NCBI GenBank assembly: GCA_963695555.1
Contig: CAVOGR010000001.1
Location: 1,024,001-1,088,000 of the forward strand
Origin: an uncultured Gemmatimonadales bacterium
GTDB taxonomy: Bacteria > Gemmatimonadota > Gemmatimonadetes > Gemmatimonadales > GWC2-71-9
DNA: 64,000 nt
Reading direction: 5' to 3'
The translations under genes and the position numbers were made by a program. This document shows, piece by piece, positions 1 through 9,642 of this stretch. How positions within the stretch are numbered: position 1 is the stretch's first letter; each line of letters begins with the position of its first letter. The notes beneath the pieces were generated by a model. It was given only the letters and a program-made list of their open reading frames with translations, was not told the origin of the DNA and did no database searches.

Positions 1-636
1 TCGATCAACGGCCCGAAGTTGCAGCGCGATGGGCGCTCTGGCGTGCGGAGAAGGCCAAACGCGAAGCGGGAGCATCGCGGGAAGGGGATTGGATCCGCCG
101 CGGTTTTTGCCGCCCTGAACCGCAAGATCCCGGAGGATGCCATCATCGCCGTGGATGTCGGGAACAACACCTATTCCTTCGGGCGGTACTTCGAGTGCAC
201 CCGTCAGGCAGTTCTCATGTCCGGCTACCTCGGCTCGATCGGATTTGCCTTTCCGGCCGCGATGGGCGCCTGGGCCGCAACCCAGGACGACGATCCGCGG
301 TTCCACGGGCGGCCGGTCGTCGCCATTTCCGGTGACGGGGGCTTTGGGCAATACATGGCCGAGCTGACGACGGCCGTGAAATACGGCATGAACATCAAGC
401 ACGTCTTGATCAACAACCACGAGCTCGGGAAGATCAGCAAGGAGCAACGGGCTGGACGATGGGACGTCTGGCAGACCACGCTCCACAATCCGAACTTCTC
501 GGAATACGCGCGATTGTGTGGGGCAATGGGAGTGCGGGTTACCCATGTGGAGGAGCTCGACGATGCCCTGGCAGGCGCGATCGAGCATGACGGACCGAGC
601 CTGGTCGAGATCATCGCCGATCCGGAGCTGATCTAA
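1..636 (+). CDS. Thiamine-diphosphate-dependent enzyme (pyruvate oxidase/acetolactate synthase-like), C-terminal part, 5'-truncated by the window edge
   Basis: ThDP-binding motif GDGGF...(24 aa)...NN (SGDGGFGQY...INNHELG) and GSIGFAFPAAMGA. There is a probable 1-nt frameshift near 69: frame 3 reads DQRPEVAARWALWRAEKAKRE before joining the ORF. Confidence 0.85.
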   Translation, partial: SINGPKLQRDGRSGVRRRPNAKREHRGKGIGSAAVFAALNRKIPEDAIIAVDVGNNTYSFGRYFECTRQAVLMSGYLGSIGFAFPAAMGAWAATQDDDPRFHGRPVVAISGDGGFGQYMAELTTAVKYGMNIKHVLINNHELGKISKEQRAGRWDVWQTTLHNPNFSEYARLCGAMGVRVTHVEELDDALAGAIEHDGPSLVEIIADPELI

Positions 637-1506
637 GTGAGCGCCCTGGCTTGGGAGCAAGTTGGCCGTCCTCGGCCCCGGTCGTTGACCGAGGCCAGGC
701 TCCAGCTGCACTGGGCGGCACAGGTGCCGGCCGCGGTCGGCCACACCTTTGGAACCCCACAGCCGGATGACAGTCAGAGTTCGTTCCAGTGGGACGCCGT
801 CGGCCGGGTGTTGGCGGGTCAACCGGTTGGCGCGCCAGGCCCGGTGCGCGCCGCCCTTCGCCCGGCGGATCTCACCCTGCTGCTCATGAGCGACGCTGGG
901 GAAACGCTCGCCGAATATGCGTTGGACGGGAGGACCCTCGACCACGCCTACGCCTGGATGGAGCATGCTGTGGCAAGCTTCGCAGGTGAGCCGGCCGCGC
1001 GCTCGCTCGAGCGGCGAGACTACGACATGCCCACCCATGCCGTGTCCTCGGGTGAGCCGTTTCGGGCGAACCCTGTCCCGGCCCTCATGGAGCTCGTTCG
1101 GTGGTACGGTAATGCGCACGGAATGCTTATGCGGCTTCAGGCCGACGAACCAACCGTGTCCCCGGTGCGTTGCTGGCCCCACCACTTCGATATCGGGATG
1201 CTGATCCAGCTCGATCCGGGCTCGGATCCCGAGCATGCCCGCTCCATCGGCATCGGTCTGAGTCCGGGCGATGGAAGCTATGACGAGCCCTACTGGTACG
1301 TGAATCCATGGCCCCGACCCACCAACGATGCCGATCGGCCGACGCTGCCTCACGGGCATTGGCACACCGAAGGTTGGCTGGGAGCCGTGTTGCCCGGTAC
1401 CGATCTGGTCTCCCAGACGGCGGAAGGGCAGGCCACCGCGGTGCACGACTTCCTTCGCGCCGCTGTCCGTGCGGCCCGGACCATCCTGGGCGCGGACGCA
1501 CCATGA
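637..1506 (+). CDS. Hypothetical protein, DUF5996-like
   Basis: GTG directly after the upstream stop. LQLHWAAQ, SPVRCWPHHFD and G.SPGD..Y.EPYWY motifs resemble DUF5996 proteins (recall). Confidence 0.6.
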   Translation: MSALAWEQVGRPRPRSLTEARLQLHWAAQVPAAVGHTFGTPQPDDSQSSFQWDAVGRVLAGQPVGAPGPVRAALRPADLTLLLMSDAGETLAEYALDGRTLDHAYAWMEHAVASFAGEPAARSLERRDYDMPTHAVSSGEPFRANPVPALMELVRWYGNAHGMLMRLQADEPTVSPVRCWPHHFDIGMLIQLDPGSDPEHARSIGIGLSPGDGSYDEPYWYVNPWPRPTNDADRPTLPHGHWHTEGWLGAVLPGTDLVSQTAEGQATAVHDFLRAAVRAARTILGADAP

Positions 1507-1612
1507 GCCTCTCTCCGGCCCGGTCTACGATCGGGCCATTGGGATAGCTCCGCGCCGGCGCCGTTCGGAGCCACCTGCCACACCCGGTGATGGAAGGAGT
1601 GGTTGACCATCG

Positions 1613-3223
1613 ATGAAGATGTTTTCCCTCATGCCGTTCGATGCCCTCGGCCATCGGCAGCCGACCCACGCGCTGGTGGCCAACGTGGATCTCGTGGTGA
1701 TACGCGACGGCTCGGATGTCTCCGTCCTGTACGGGCGTTGTCTGCACCGCGGAGCGCTCTTGTCCGATGGCCGGATCGAGGGCAAGAACCTGATTTGCGG
1801 TCTGCACAATTGGGACTATCGGTTCGACAGCGGGGTGAGCGAATACAATACCGCCGAGCGTCTTCAGAAATTCACAGCGTGGATCGATGACGGAATGGTA
1901 GTGGTGGACGAGGAAGAGATCGCGGCGTGGGCGCGGGCCAATCCACAGCCGTACGTCCGAGACGACTACCAAGGCCAATACCAGGACCCTCACGGAACAG
2001 AGGATGAGCCGTTCGTTGGCTACATCAGGCAGTTGGCCGACAAGGGATTGCCCGAGGGCTCGCACGGCCCGGCGGCGGCGATGGGAGTTCCCCGGTCCGA
2101 GCTACCGTCGTGGGACGACCTTCAATTCCTGACCGCACAGCTCTGGAAGCTTCCGAAGCTGGACGGCGAGCGGGTGGGGACCGAGCTGATCATCGGGCCG
2201 CGAGCTAAGAAGCCGCTCACACTCGATCTGCCGATCTTCGTCTCGGACATGAGCTTCGGTGCGCTGTCGGCAGAGGCCAAGACGGCGCTGGCGCGTGGGG
2301 CCGAGTTGGCGGGCACCGGCATTTGCTCGGGCGAAGGCGGCATGCTCCCGGAGGAGCAAGCGGAAAACAGCCGGTACTTTTACGAGTTGGCCTCGGGTCG
2401 GTTCGGGTTCTCTTTTGAGAAGCTCGCCCGGGTCCAGGCGTTTCATTTCAAGGGTGGTCAGGGGGCCAAGACCGGCACCGGCGGCCATCTTCCCGGGGAG
2501 AAGGTCACCCCTGAGATCGCCAGGGTCCGAGGCCTCACACCGGGCCAGCCGGCCGTTTCTCCCGCGCGGTTTCCTGATTGGGATTCGATCGCCCACTACC
2601 GTGATTTTGCCGGAGAAGTCCGCGAGCGCACGGGCGGGATCCCCATCGGATTCAAACTCTCCGCCCAGCACGTCGAGCGTGACATCGATGCCGCGCTCGA
2701 GGTGGGGGTCGACTACATCATTCTCGATGGCCGCGGCGGCGGGACCGGCGCCGCTCCGCTGATCTTCCGCGATCACATCTCGGTTCCCACGCTGCCCGCC
2801 CTGGCGCGTGCCCGAAACCATCTCGATCGATGCGGTCACCCGGATGTCACCCTGATCGCAACCGGCGGGCTCCGGACGCCGGCCGATTTCGCCAAAGCCC
2901 TGGCCCTGGGAGCGAATGGGGTGGCGATTGCCAACGCCGCGATCCAGGCTATCGGCTGCCTTGGCATGCGGGCGTGCCACACCAACAACTGTCCGGTGGG
3001 TATCGCGACCCAGAAGGAGCACCTACGGGCCCGCCTGGCGGTCGATGAGGCGGCTGGGCGGTTGGATCGATTCCTCAAGGCGTCGGTGCACCTGATGCAG
3101 ACGCTCGCCCGCGCCTGCGGCCACGCCCACCTCAGTGAGTTTACCCGCGACGACCTCACGACCTGGAAACGAGAGGTCGCCTATCTGACGGGCGTCTCCT
3201 ATGGCGGCGCCGTGCCGCTCTAG
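1613..3223 (+). CDS. Rieske 2Fe-2S domain fused to FMN-binding glutamate synthase (GltB2/YerD-like) domain
   Basis: Rieske ligands CLH...CGLH; MSFGALS, SGEGG, KGGQGAKTGTGGHLPG, DGRGGGTG; 3Fe-4S motif CLGMRACHTNNCPVG. SD AAGGAG upstream. Confidence 0.85.
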   Translation: MKMFSLMPFDALGHRQPTHALVANVDLVVIRDGSDVSVLYGRCLHRGALLSDGRIEGKNLICGLHNWDYRFDSGVSEYNTAERLQKFTAWIDDGMVVVDEEEIAAWARANPQPYVRDDYQGQYQDPHGTEDEPFVGYIRQLADKGLPEGSHGPAAAMGVPRSELPSWDDLQFLTAQLWKLPKLDGERVGTELIIGPRAKKPLTLDLPIFVSDMSFGALSAEAKTALARGAELAGTGICSGEGGMLPEEQAENSRYFYELASGRFGFSFEKLARVQAFHFKGGQGAKTGTGGHLPGEKVTPEIARVRGLTPGQPAVSPARFPDWDSIAHYRDFAGEVRERTGGIPIGFKLSAQHVERDIDAALEVGVDYIILDGRGGGTGAAPLIFRDHISVPTLPALARARNHLDRCGHPDVTLIATGGLRTPADFAKALALGANGVAIANAAIQAIGCLGMRACHTNNCPVGIATQKEHLRARLAVDEAAGRLDRFLKASVHLMQTLARACGHAHLSEFTRDDLTTWKREVAYLTGVSYGGAVPL

Positions 3224-3289
3224 CCAGGTCGGGCCCCGCTGAGTCGGAACCCTTGTCTTTGGGCACCTGGGGCGGCGAGGTTCCATCGC

Positions 3290-4078
3290 ATGCGAACGTC
3301 CATTCTCCAGTGGAGGACCGGCATGAACCGAGCGATCCGCGGCGCCGTGGTCGCGGCGTGGGCGCTGTCGTTCGGCCCCGCCGCGCATCCGGCGGCGGCG
3401 CAATCCCCGGCCGCCCTGCACGGTCTGCACGTGAAGTACGTCCGCGACAGCGAGGAGTACGCGACGCTCACGCGACAGATCTATCGCACCGCCCTCGCCG
3501 CCGTGCTCGAAGCCAATCGAAGCAGTTCCGATCAGACGCCTTGGGTCGTCGTGCTGGATGTCGACGAGACGGCGCTGGATAATTCCGCCTACGAACTCGA
3601 GCGCGAGACCTATTGGGTCCCGTTCGATGACGAGACCTGGAACGCGTATGTCGCTCGGCGGGCATCGGGTGCGGTGCCCGGCGCGCGCGAGTTCGTTCGG
3701 AGCGTTCGAGCCGCGGGAGGACGCATCGCCTGGATCACCAACCGCGATGAGACCGTGCGCGAGGACACGCGCGAGAACCTCCGGCGGGTCGGCTTGTGGG
3801 AGGATTCCGATCGGCTCTGTCCGCGGTCGAGTCGCGAGGACACCAAGGCGGTTCGTCGCCGTGAAGTTGTGACCGGCACGGGCCGCTGCAGTTGGGACGG
3901 CCGGCCGGTTCGCATCCTCGCCTTCATCGGTGACGCGCTCGGCGACTTCCCCGCGGCCGGAGAGGACATGGCCGAGGCCGGCAATGACGCGGCATTCGGG
4001 AGCCGATTTTTTCTCATGCCAAATCCCATGTATGGAACCTGGACCCGCCGGGTCACCCGCCGGTGGGACTGGCAGTAA
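3290..4078 (+). CDS. Secreted HAD-family acid phosphatase / 5'-nucleotidase e(P4)-like (class C)
   Basis: Signal-peptide-like N-terminus; DVDETALDN, ITNR, IGDALGDF and PNPMYG motifs. Alternative start at 3323. Confidence 0.8.
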   Translation: MRTSILQWRTGMNRAIRGAVVAAWALSFGPAAHPAAAQSPAALHGLHVKYVRDSEEYATLTRQIYRTALAAVLEANRSSSDQTPWVVVLDVDETALDNSAYELERETYWVPFDDETWNAYVARRASGAVPGAREFVRSVRAAGGRIAWITNRDETVREDTRENLRRVGLWEDSDRLCPRSSREDTKAVRRREVVTGTGRCSWDGRPVRILAFIGDALGDFPAAGEDMAEAGNDAAFGSRFFLMPNPMYGTWTRRVTRRWDWQ

Positions 4079-4088
4079 TCGCGACACC

Positions 4089-4493
4089 GTGTCCGCTCCC
4101 TTCTTCTACAAGATGACGGACGCGATCCGGATATCGGTGCGTCCGGCGTATCTGGCCGATCGATCCAACCCGGATCAAGGACAGTTTGTGTTCGCGTATT
4201 TCGTCCGAATCGAGAATACCGGGGCCGCCGCCGCCAAACTGCTCTGGCGGCGGTGGGTGATTCGCGACTCGGTGGGAGAAGATCTCGAGGTGCAGGGCGA
4301 AGGCGTGGTCGGGCAGCAGCCAGACATCCAGCCCGGCGGTGTCCACGAATATCAGAGTTTCGTGGTCCTGAAGTCTCCCGAGGGAGCCATGGAGGGCTCC
4401 TATGACTTCGTTCGCCCCGACGGGTCGCGATTTCAGGCCGAGATCCCCAAGTTCGTCCTCGACGCTCGAACCCCGCCAGGACAGCTGCACTGA
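4089..4493 (+). CDS. apaG: ApaG protein
   Basis: FVFAYFVRIEN, RRWVIRD and GEGVVGQQP motifs; GTG start inferred. Confidence 0.9.
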   Translation: MSAPFFYKMTDAIRISVRPAYLADRSNPDQGQFVFAYFVRIENTGAAAAKLLWRRWVIRDSVGEDLEVQGEGVVGQQPDIQPGGVHEYQSFVVLKSPEGAMEGSYDFVRPDGSRFQAEIPKFVLDARTPPGQLH

Positions 4494-4530
4494 GGCGATC
4501 GCCCGCGCCATTTGGTTATCTTCCAGCACA

Positions 4531-5853
4531 ATGAGATTGGTTGATGCATTCCGGGATGCGCTCGCCTCACTGGAGCTCGAGCCTGGGCCGGCGCTCGTTG
4601 CCGTTTCCGGCGGCCGGGACTCCGTCGTCCTCCTGGATCTCCTGATGGCCACGCGGGAAAGTCACGACCTCGGCCTGACCGTCGCGCATGTCGATCACGG
4701 CATCCACCCGGACAGTTCCAGCGTCGCCGACGGTGTCGAGCGATTGGCCGGAGAGTATGGCGTCCCGTTCGCGCGGGCGCGGCTCACGCTCGGTCAAAGC
4801 GCCACGGAGACCCTGGCCCGGACGCGACGGTACCAGTGGCTCGAGCAGCAACGCGTGGCCCTCGGAGCGGACATCGTCGTCCTGGCGCATCATGCGGACG
4901 ATCAGGCGGAGACCGTGCTGATGCGGGCGTTGTGCGGATCAGGCCCCGCGGGACTTGCCGCGATGACGCTCAGGCAAGGCCCGTTCGTGAGGCCGTTGCT
5001 CGGATTTGACGGCGAGGAACTGGAGCGCTACGCCGTGGATCGGGGATTGTCCTGGTGGAACGATCCAGCCAACGGCGATACGCGCCACCTCAGGTCCTGG
5101 GTCCGTGCGTCGCTCATGCCCGTGCTCCGGGCGCGCATGCCCGATATCGACTCGCGTCTGCTCGAGCTCGGAGCACAGGCGGCGGCGGATCGCGCCGCAT
5201 GGGACTCGTTGCTGGATGCATTGCCGGAATTGGACATCCGGACCGAGCCCGATGGCTGCTCCGTTGCTGGCCCAATCCTGGCGCGGTATGATAGGGGCTT
5301 GGCTCTGACCTTGCTCCAAGCCGCCGCCCGACGCGTTGGGTGCGTCCTGGGGCGGACACGGGCGGCACGGGTCCTGGAGCTGGTCTGCCGCGGGACGTCG
5401 GGGAAGCTGATCGAGCTAGGCGGTGCGTGGCGGGCGGAACTCGCCTTCGACCGGTTACGGGTCGTCGCTGTCAGCAGGGTCCCGGGGCCGCGGGCCGTCC
5501 TCCCGCTGCCCAGGCAGGGCGATCTTCGATGGGGTGACTGGACGCTCCGGTGCCGCCCGGACACCGCGCCGGTCGAACAGCGGCGTGCCGCCCGGTCCGC
5601 CTGGTTCCGGCCGACGGAGCTCATGGTGGGCCCCGCTCGATCGGGCGAGCGCGTTCGTCCGCTGGGGGGAGTGGGCCGTCGGCAGGTGGTGCGGTGCTTT
5701 CAGGAGGCCCGCGTGCCGCGGAGCCGCCGTTGGGACTGGCCGGTCGTGTCGGCTGCGGGTGAGGTAGTCTGGATTCCTGAGGTGTGTCGCTCCGGCGCTC
5801 TCATGCCGGCAGCGGGAACGGAGGCTGTGCGTGTCGACGCCGACCACGACTGA
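4531..5853 (+). CDS. tilS: tRNA(Ile)-lysidine synthetase
   Basis: PP-loop AVSGGRDS, HVDHG, AHHADDQAET; lies upstream of hpt-ftsH. Confidence 0.95.
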   Translation: MRLVDAFRDALASLELEPGPALVAVSGGRDSVVLLDLLMATRESHDLGLTVAHVDHGIHPDSSSVADGVERLAGEYGVPFARARLTLGQSATETLARTRRYQWLEQQRVALGADIVVLAHHADDQAETVLMRALCGSGPAGLAAMTLRQGPFVRPLLGFDGEELERYAVDRGLSWWNDPANGDTRHLRSWVRASLMPVLRARMPDIDSRLLELGAQAAADRAAWDSLLDALPELDIRTEPDGCSVAGPILARYDRGLALTLLQAAARRVGCVLGRTRAARVLELVCRGTSGKLIELGGAWRAELAFDRLRVVAVSRVPGPRAVLPLPRQGDLRWGDWTLRCRPDTAPVEQRRAARSAWFRPTELMVGPARSGERVRPLGGVGRRQVVRCFQEARVPRSRRWDWPVVSAAGEVVWIPEVCRSGALMPAAGTEAVRVDADHD

Positions 5854-6391
5854 CGTGCTGCGCCGGACCGGTGGCAAAGCCATCAAGGCGATCGCCTACG
5901 ACGCGGGGGTGATCGCCCGTCGAGTGGAAGAATTGGGCACCGAGATCACGGCCGCCTACCCCGACGGCGATCTCCTGGTGCTCGGGCTGCTCAAGGGCAG
6001 TTTCATCTTCTTGAGCGATCTGGTGCGGCACATCCAGCGTCCGCTCCAGGTGGACTTCCTCGTGGCGAGCTCCTATGGCGCGGAGATGGTGTCGAGCGGG
6101 ATGGTGCGCCTCCTGTACGATCCCGAAACCGATCTCGCGGGGAAACACATCGTGCTGGTCGAGGATATTATTGACACGGGGAAGACGGTGCAGCGCCTGA
6201 TGAAGGTGCTGACGGAGCGCGAGCCCAAGAGCATCGCCATCTGCGCCCTGCTCGACAAGAAGCTGGCCCCGGACAGCCCGCCCGAGGTCCGATTCGTGGG
6301 CTTCACGGCGCCGCCGGCGTTTCTGGTTGGGTACGGATTGGATCACGCAGAGAACTATCGGCATTTGCCGTTCATTGCAGCACTGGAATAG
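5831..6391 (+). CDS. hpt: Hypoxanthine phosphoribosyltransferase
   Basis: [12 protein letters not shown] motif [18 protein letters not shown]. Confidence 0.95.
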   Translation: MSTPTTTDVLRRTGGKAIKAIAYDAGVIARRVEELGTEITAAYPDGDLLVLGLLKGSFIFLSDLVRHIQRPLQVDFLVASSYGAEMVSSGMVRLLYDPETDLAGKHIVLVEDIIDTGKTVQRLMKVLTEREPKSIAICALLDKKLAPDSPPEVRFVGFTAPPAFLVGYGLDHAENYRHLPFIAALE

Positions 6392-6396
6392 ATCGC

Positions 6397-8391
6397 ATGG
6401 CAGATCGTAAGAGCCCGAAGACCCCGGGAGCTCCCGGTACCAATTGGACGAGCGTGTTCAAGAACCTGGCGTTGTGGCTCCTCGTCATTTTCGCGGGGCT
6501 GACCCTGTTCCAGGTGATGAACAACCAGCGAAATCCGACCCAGGAATTCTCGTACACCGAGTTCACGAAGCAGCTCGAATCCGGCAACGTGGCCAATGTG
6601 ACGGTGCTGGACGGGAAACGCCTGGAAGGAGACTTCCGGACCCCCGTCATGCAGAAGGAGCGCCAGGCGAAGCGGTACACGGTGCTGCTCCCCATCGCGG
6701 ATAGCGAGGAATTCCTCAAGCGGCTCGAGGACAGCGGGATTCCCATCAACGCGCGCGAGCCGCGGAGCGGCATCACGACACTGCTGATCACCGCCCTGCC
6801 GTGGGTGGTCATCTTCGGCCTCTGGGTGTTCCTGCTCCGGCAGTTGCAGGCCGGCGGCAGCCGGGCATTCTCCTTCGGAAAGTCGAAGGCCAAACTCCTC
6901 ACCGGCGACACGCCGAAAGTGACGTTCGCCGACGTGGCTGGTGCCGATGAGGCCAAAGTCGAGCTTGAGGAGATCATCGAATTCCTGAAGGACCCCCACA
7001 AGTTCACCCGCCTCGGCGGGCGTCTCCCCAAGGGCGCGTTGCTGGTGGGGCCGCCGGGCACGGGCAAGACCCTCCTCGCCAGGGCCGTCGCCGGCGAAGC
7101 CGGGCGCCCGTTCTTCTCGATGTCGGGGTCGGACTTCGTCGAGATGTTCGTCGGCGTCGGGGCAAGCCGAGTGCGCGATCTGTTCGACCAGGGCAAGACC
7201 CACGCGCCCTGTATCATCTTCATTGACGAAATCGATGCCGTGGGCCGCCATCGCGGCGCGGGGCTGGGCGGCGGTCATGATGAGCGCGAACAGACGCTGA
7301 ATCAACTTCTCGTCGAAATGGACGGGTTCGAATCGACCGAGGGCGTCATCCTCCTTGCGGCCACGAACCGGCCCGACGTGCTCGATCCGGCCTTGCTCCG
7401 GCCCGGACGATTCGACCGGCAAATCGTGGTCGATGCGCCCGACGTGCGGGGCCGGGAAGGGATCCTCCGCGTCCACACGCGAAAGATCCCGCTGGCCACC
7501 GATGTACGGCTCGAAGTGATCGCCAAGGGCACTCCGGGAATGGCCGGAGCGGATCTGGCCAACTTGGTGAACGAAGCCGCGGTCCTCGCGGCGCGGCGGA
7601 ACAAGTCCCAGGTAGAGATGGAAGATTTCGAGGACGCGAAGGACAAGGTGATGCTGGGCGTCGAGCGCCGAAGCCTGGTGCTGACCGAGGGCGAACGGGA
7701 GAACACGGCGTACCATGAAGGCGGACACGCGGTCGTGTCGCTGTTGATTCCCGGTGCCGATCCCGTGCACAAGCTCACCATCGTCCCGCGCGGCCGCGCC
7801 CTCGGGATGATGGCATCACTGCCCGAAGAAGACCGTCACGGCTACACCAAGCGGTGGCTCCAGGCCCGGCTCGCCATTACCTACGGCGGCCGTGTGGCCG
7901 AAGAGATCGTGTTCGGCCAGGACAAGATCACGACCGGCGCCGGCGACGACATCCAGCAGGCGACCGATCTGGCGCGCCGCATGGTGACCCAGTTCGGGAT
8001 GAGTGAACGAGTGGGTGTCATGGCCGTGGGCGACAAAGAGCAGGAGATCTTCTTGGGCCGCGAGTTCGCCCAGCGGCGCGAGGTTTCGGAGCGCACGGCG
8101 CAATTGGTCGACGACGAGGTCAAGTCGCTCCTGGATGAGGCGTATCGCCGTGCACATACGCTGATCAGCCAGAATCGCGCGCTGCTCGAGCGCGTGGCGA
8201 ATGCTCTACTCGAACGGGAAACGCTGGATCGAGAGGATCTCGAGCTGCTGCGTGAAGGCAAACCCCTGCCACCACTGCCGTCGCCGGCTGCGCCCCCGTC
8301 CCCGCCTCCGTCTAACCATGATGCCAAGGAGTCGGCGCCCAAGACGCCGCCGATTCTCGGCACACCACCCCCCGAGCCCGCCGGCGCGTGA
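6397..8391 (+). CDS. ftsH: ATP-dependent zinc metalloprotease FtsH
   Basis: Two TM segments, Walker [18 protein letters not shown] pore loop, HEGGH zinc motif. Confidence 0.98.
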   Translation: MADRKSPKTPGAPGTNWTSVFKNLALWLLVIFAGLTLFQVMNNQRNPTQEFSYTEFTKQLESGNVANVTVLDGKRLEGDFRTPVMQKERQAKRYTVLLPIADSEEFLKRLEDSGIPINAREPRSGITTLLITALPWVVIFGLWVFLLRQLQAGGSRAFSFGKSKAKLLTGDTPKVTFADVAGADEAKVELEEIIEFLKDPHKFTRLGGRLPKGALLVGPPGTGKTLLARAVAGEAGRPFFSMSGSDFVEMFVGVGASRVRDLFDQGKTHAPCIIFIDEIDAVGRHRGAGLGGGHDEREQTLNQLLVEMDGFESTEGVILLAATNRPDVLDPALLRPGRFDRQIVVDAPDVRGREGILRVHTRKIPLATDVRLEVIAKGTPGMAGADLANLVNEAAVLAARRNKSQVEMEDFEDAKDKVMLGVERRSLVLTEGERENTAYHEGGHAVVSLLIPGADPVHKLTIVPRGRALGMMASLPEEDRHGYTKRWLQARLAITYGGRVAEEIVFGQDKITTGAGDDIQQATDLARRMVTQFGMSERVGVMAVGDKEQEIFLGREFAQRREVSERTAQLVDDEVKSLLDEAYRRAHTLISQNRALLERVANALLERETLDREDLELLREGKPLPPLPSPAAPPSPPPSNHDAKESAPKTPPILGTPPPEPAGA

Positions 8392-9587
8392 GGGCCACGC
8401 CACTCGGCGTCCACAATCCGCGAACGGTGCGTGACCTGCTCCTGACCCATGGGTGGGAGATGGGTCAAGCCGAAGCGGCGGCGTCCGGGATCACCGGCGC
8501 CGCCGTTCACCTCACCGGGCTGACCCCCGCCACGCTCGAGCACCTTGTTTCCAGGAGCGGTCCGGCATACGGGCTCGATGTGGTGACCGGCGGTGATTGG
8601 GCCATTGTGGCAGGCAGCGTGGCCCGCCTCAGCGCCTTCGCCCGGCCGTGGTCCGCCCCGCCGGAGCTGGCGGAGCTCGCCTCAGTGACCGGTCGTGCCC
8701 TGGGGAGCGCCCTACCCACGTTGTGGCAGACGGCACGGGGCCCGGTGGACCTCGAGCGGCCCGTCATCCTCGGTGTGCTCAATGTGACGCCGGACAGCTT
8801 CAGCGATGGCGGTCGCTACTCCACCGAGGCGGCGGCGCTCGAGCAGGCGGAGCGACTCCTGGAAAACGGGGCTGACATCATCGATGTCGGTGGGGAGTCC
8901 ACCAGGCCCGGCCGGCCCGATGCCGTACCCGTCGACGAAGAGCGCCGCCGCGTCGTCCCTATCGTCGAAGAGTTGACCCGACGCCACGCCGATCTCCTGA
9001 TCTCGGTCGACACCGTCAAGGCGGACGTCGCCAAAGCCGCGCTCGAGGCCGGGGCCGCCATCGTGAACGATGTCTCCGCCCTGCGGTTGGATGCGGGCAT
9101 GGCGAAGGTTGTGGCGGACACGAAGGCGGGGGTCGTCCTCATGCATTCGCGGGGCACCATCTCGGACATGGCCAGCCTCGATCATGCGGACTACGGGGAT
9201 ACGCTTCTCGGGGATATCGTCGCGGAACTCGGCTCGGCTCTCGACCGCGCGGCTCGATCCGGCATTGCGCTCGAGCGCGTGGTAGTCGATCCGGGCCTCG
9301 GGTTCGCCAAGGCCACGGCAGACAACCTCCGCGTCCTCGACCAGCTCATCGCCCTCACCGTGCTGGGCCGGCCCATTCTGGTCGGGCCGTCACGGAAGCG
9401 ATTTCTGGGTGCCGCGACCGGACGCGACGTCGACCAGCGCGATGTGGCCACGGCCGCGGCCTGTGCGCTCGCATACGAGCGCGGCGCACGGCTGTTCCGT
9501 GTCCACGAACCGGGCACCGTGCGCGACGCGCTCTTGCTGGCCCATGCCATGGCTGCCGGCGCACCGCAACGAGAACCGGCGGTGTGA
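8388..9587 (+). CDS. folP: Dihydropteroate synthase with N-terminal extension
   Basis: GVLNVTPDSFSDGG, GGESTRPG, DPGLGFAK, SRKRF, FRVHE. Confidence 0.95.
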   Translation: MRATPLGVHNPRTVRDLLLTHGWEMGQAEAAASGITGAAVHLTGLTPATLEHLVSRSGPAYGLDVVTGGDWAIVAGSVARLSAFARPWSAPPELAELASVTGRALGSALPTLWQTARGPVDLERPVILGVLNVTPDSFSDGGRYSTEAAALEQAERLLENGADIIDVGGESTRPGRPDAVPVDEERRRVVPIVEELTRRHADLLISVDTVKADVAKAALEAGAAIVNDVSALRLDAGMAKVVADTKAGVVLMHSRGTISDMASLDHADYGDTLLGDIVAELGSALDRAARSGIALERVVVDPGLGFAKATADNLRVLDQLIALTVLGRPILVGPSRKRFLGAATGRDVDQRDVATAAACALAYERGARLFRVHEPGTVRDALLLAHAMAAGAPQREPAV

Positions 9588-9642
9588 TCCCGCACGCTGG
9601 TCAACCGTCTATTCTTTGCCCCTGGACCGAGAACCGCACCTC

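Noticed and set aside
8263..8390. C-rich low-complexity stretch
   Set aside because: It encodes the Pro-rich FtsH tail and is not a DNA repeat element.
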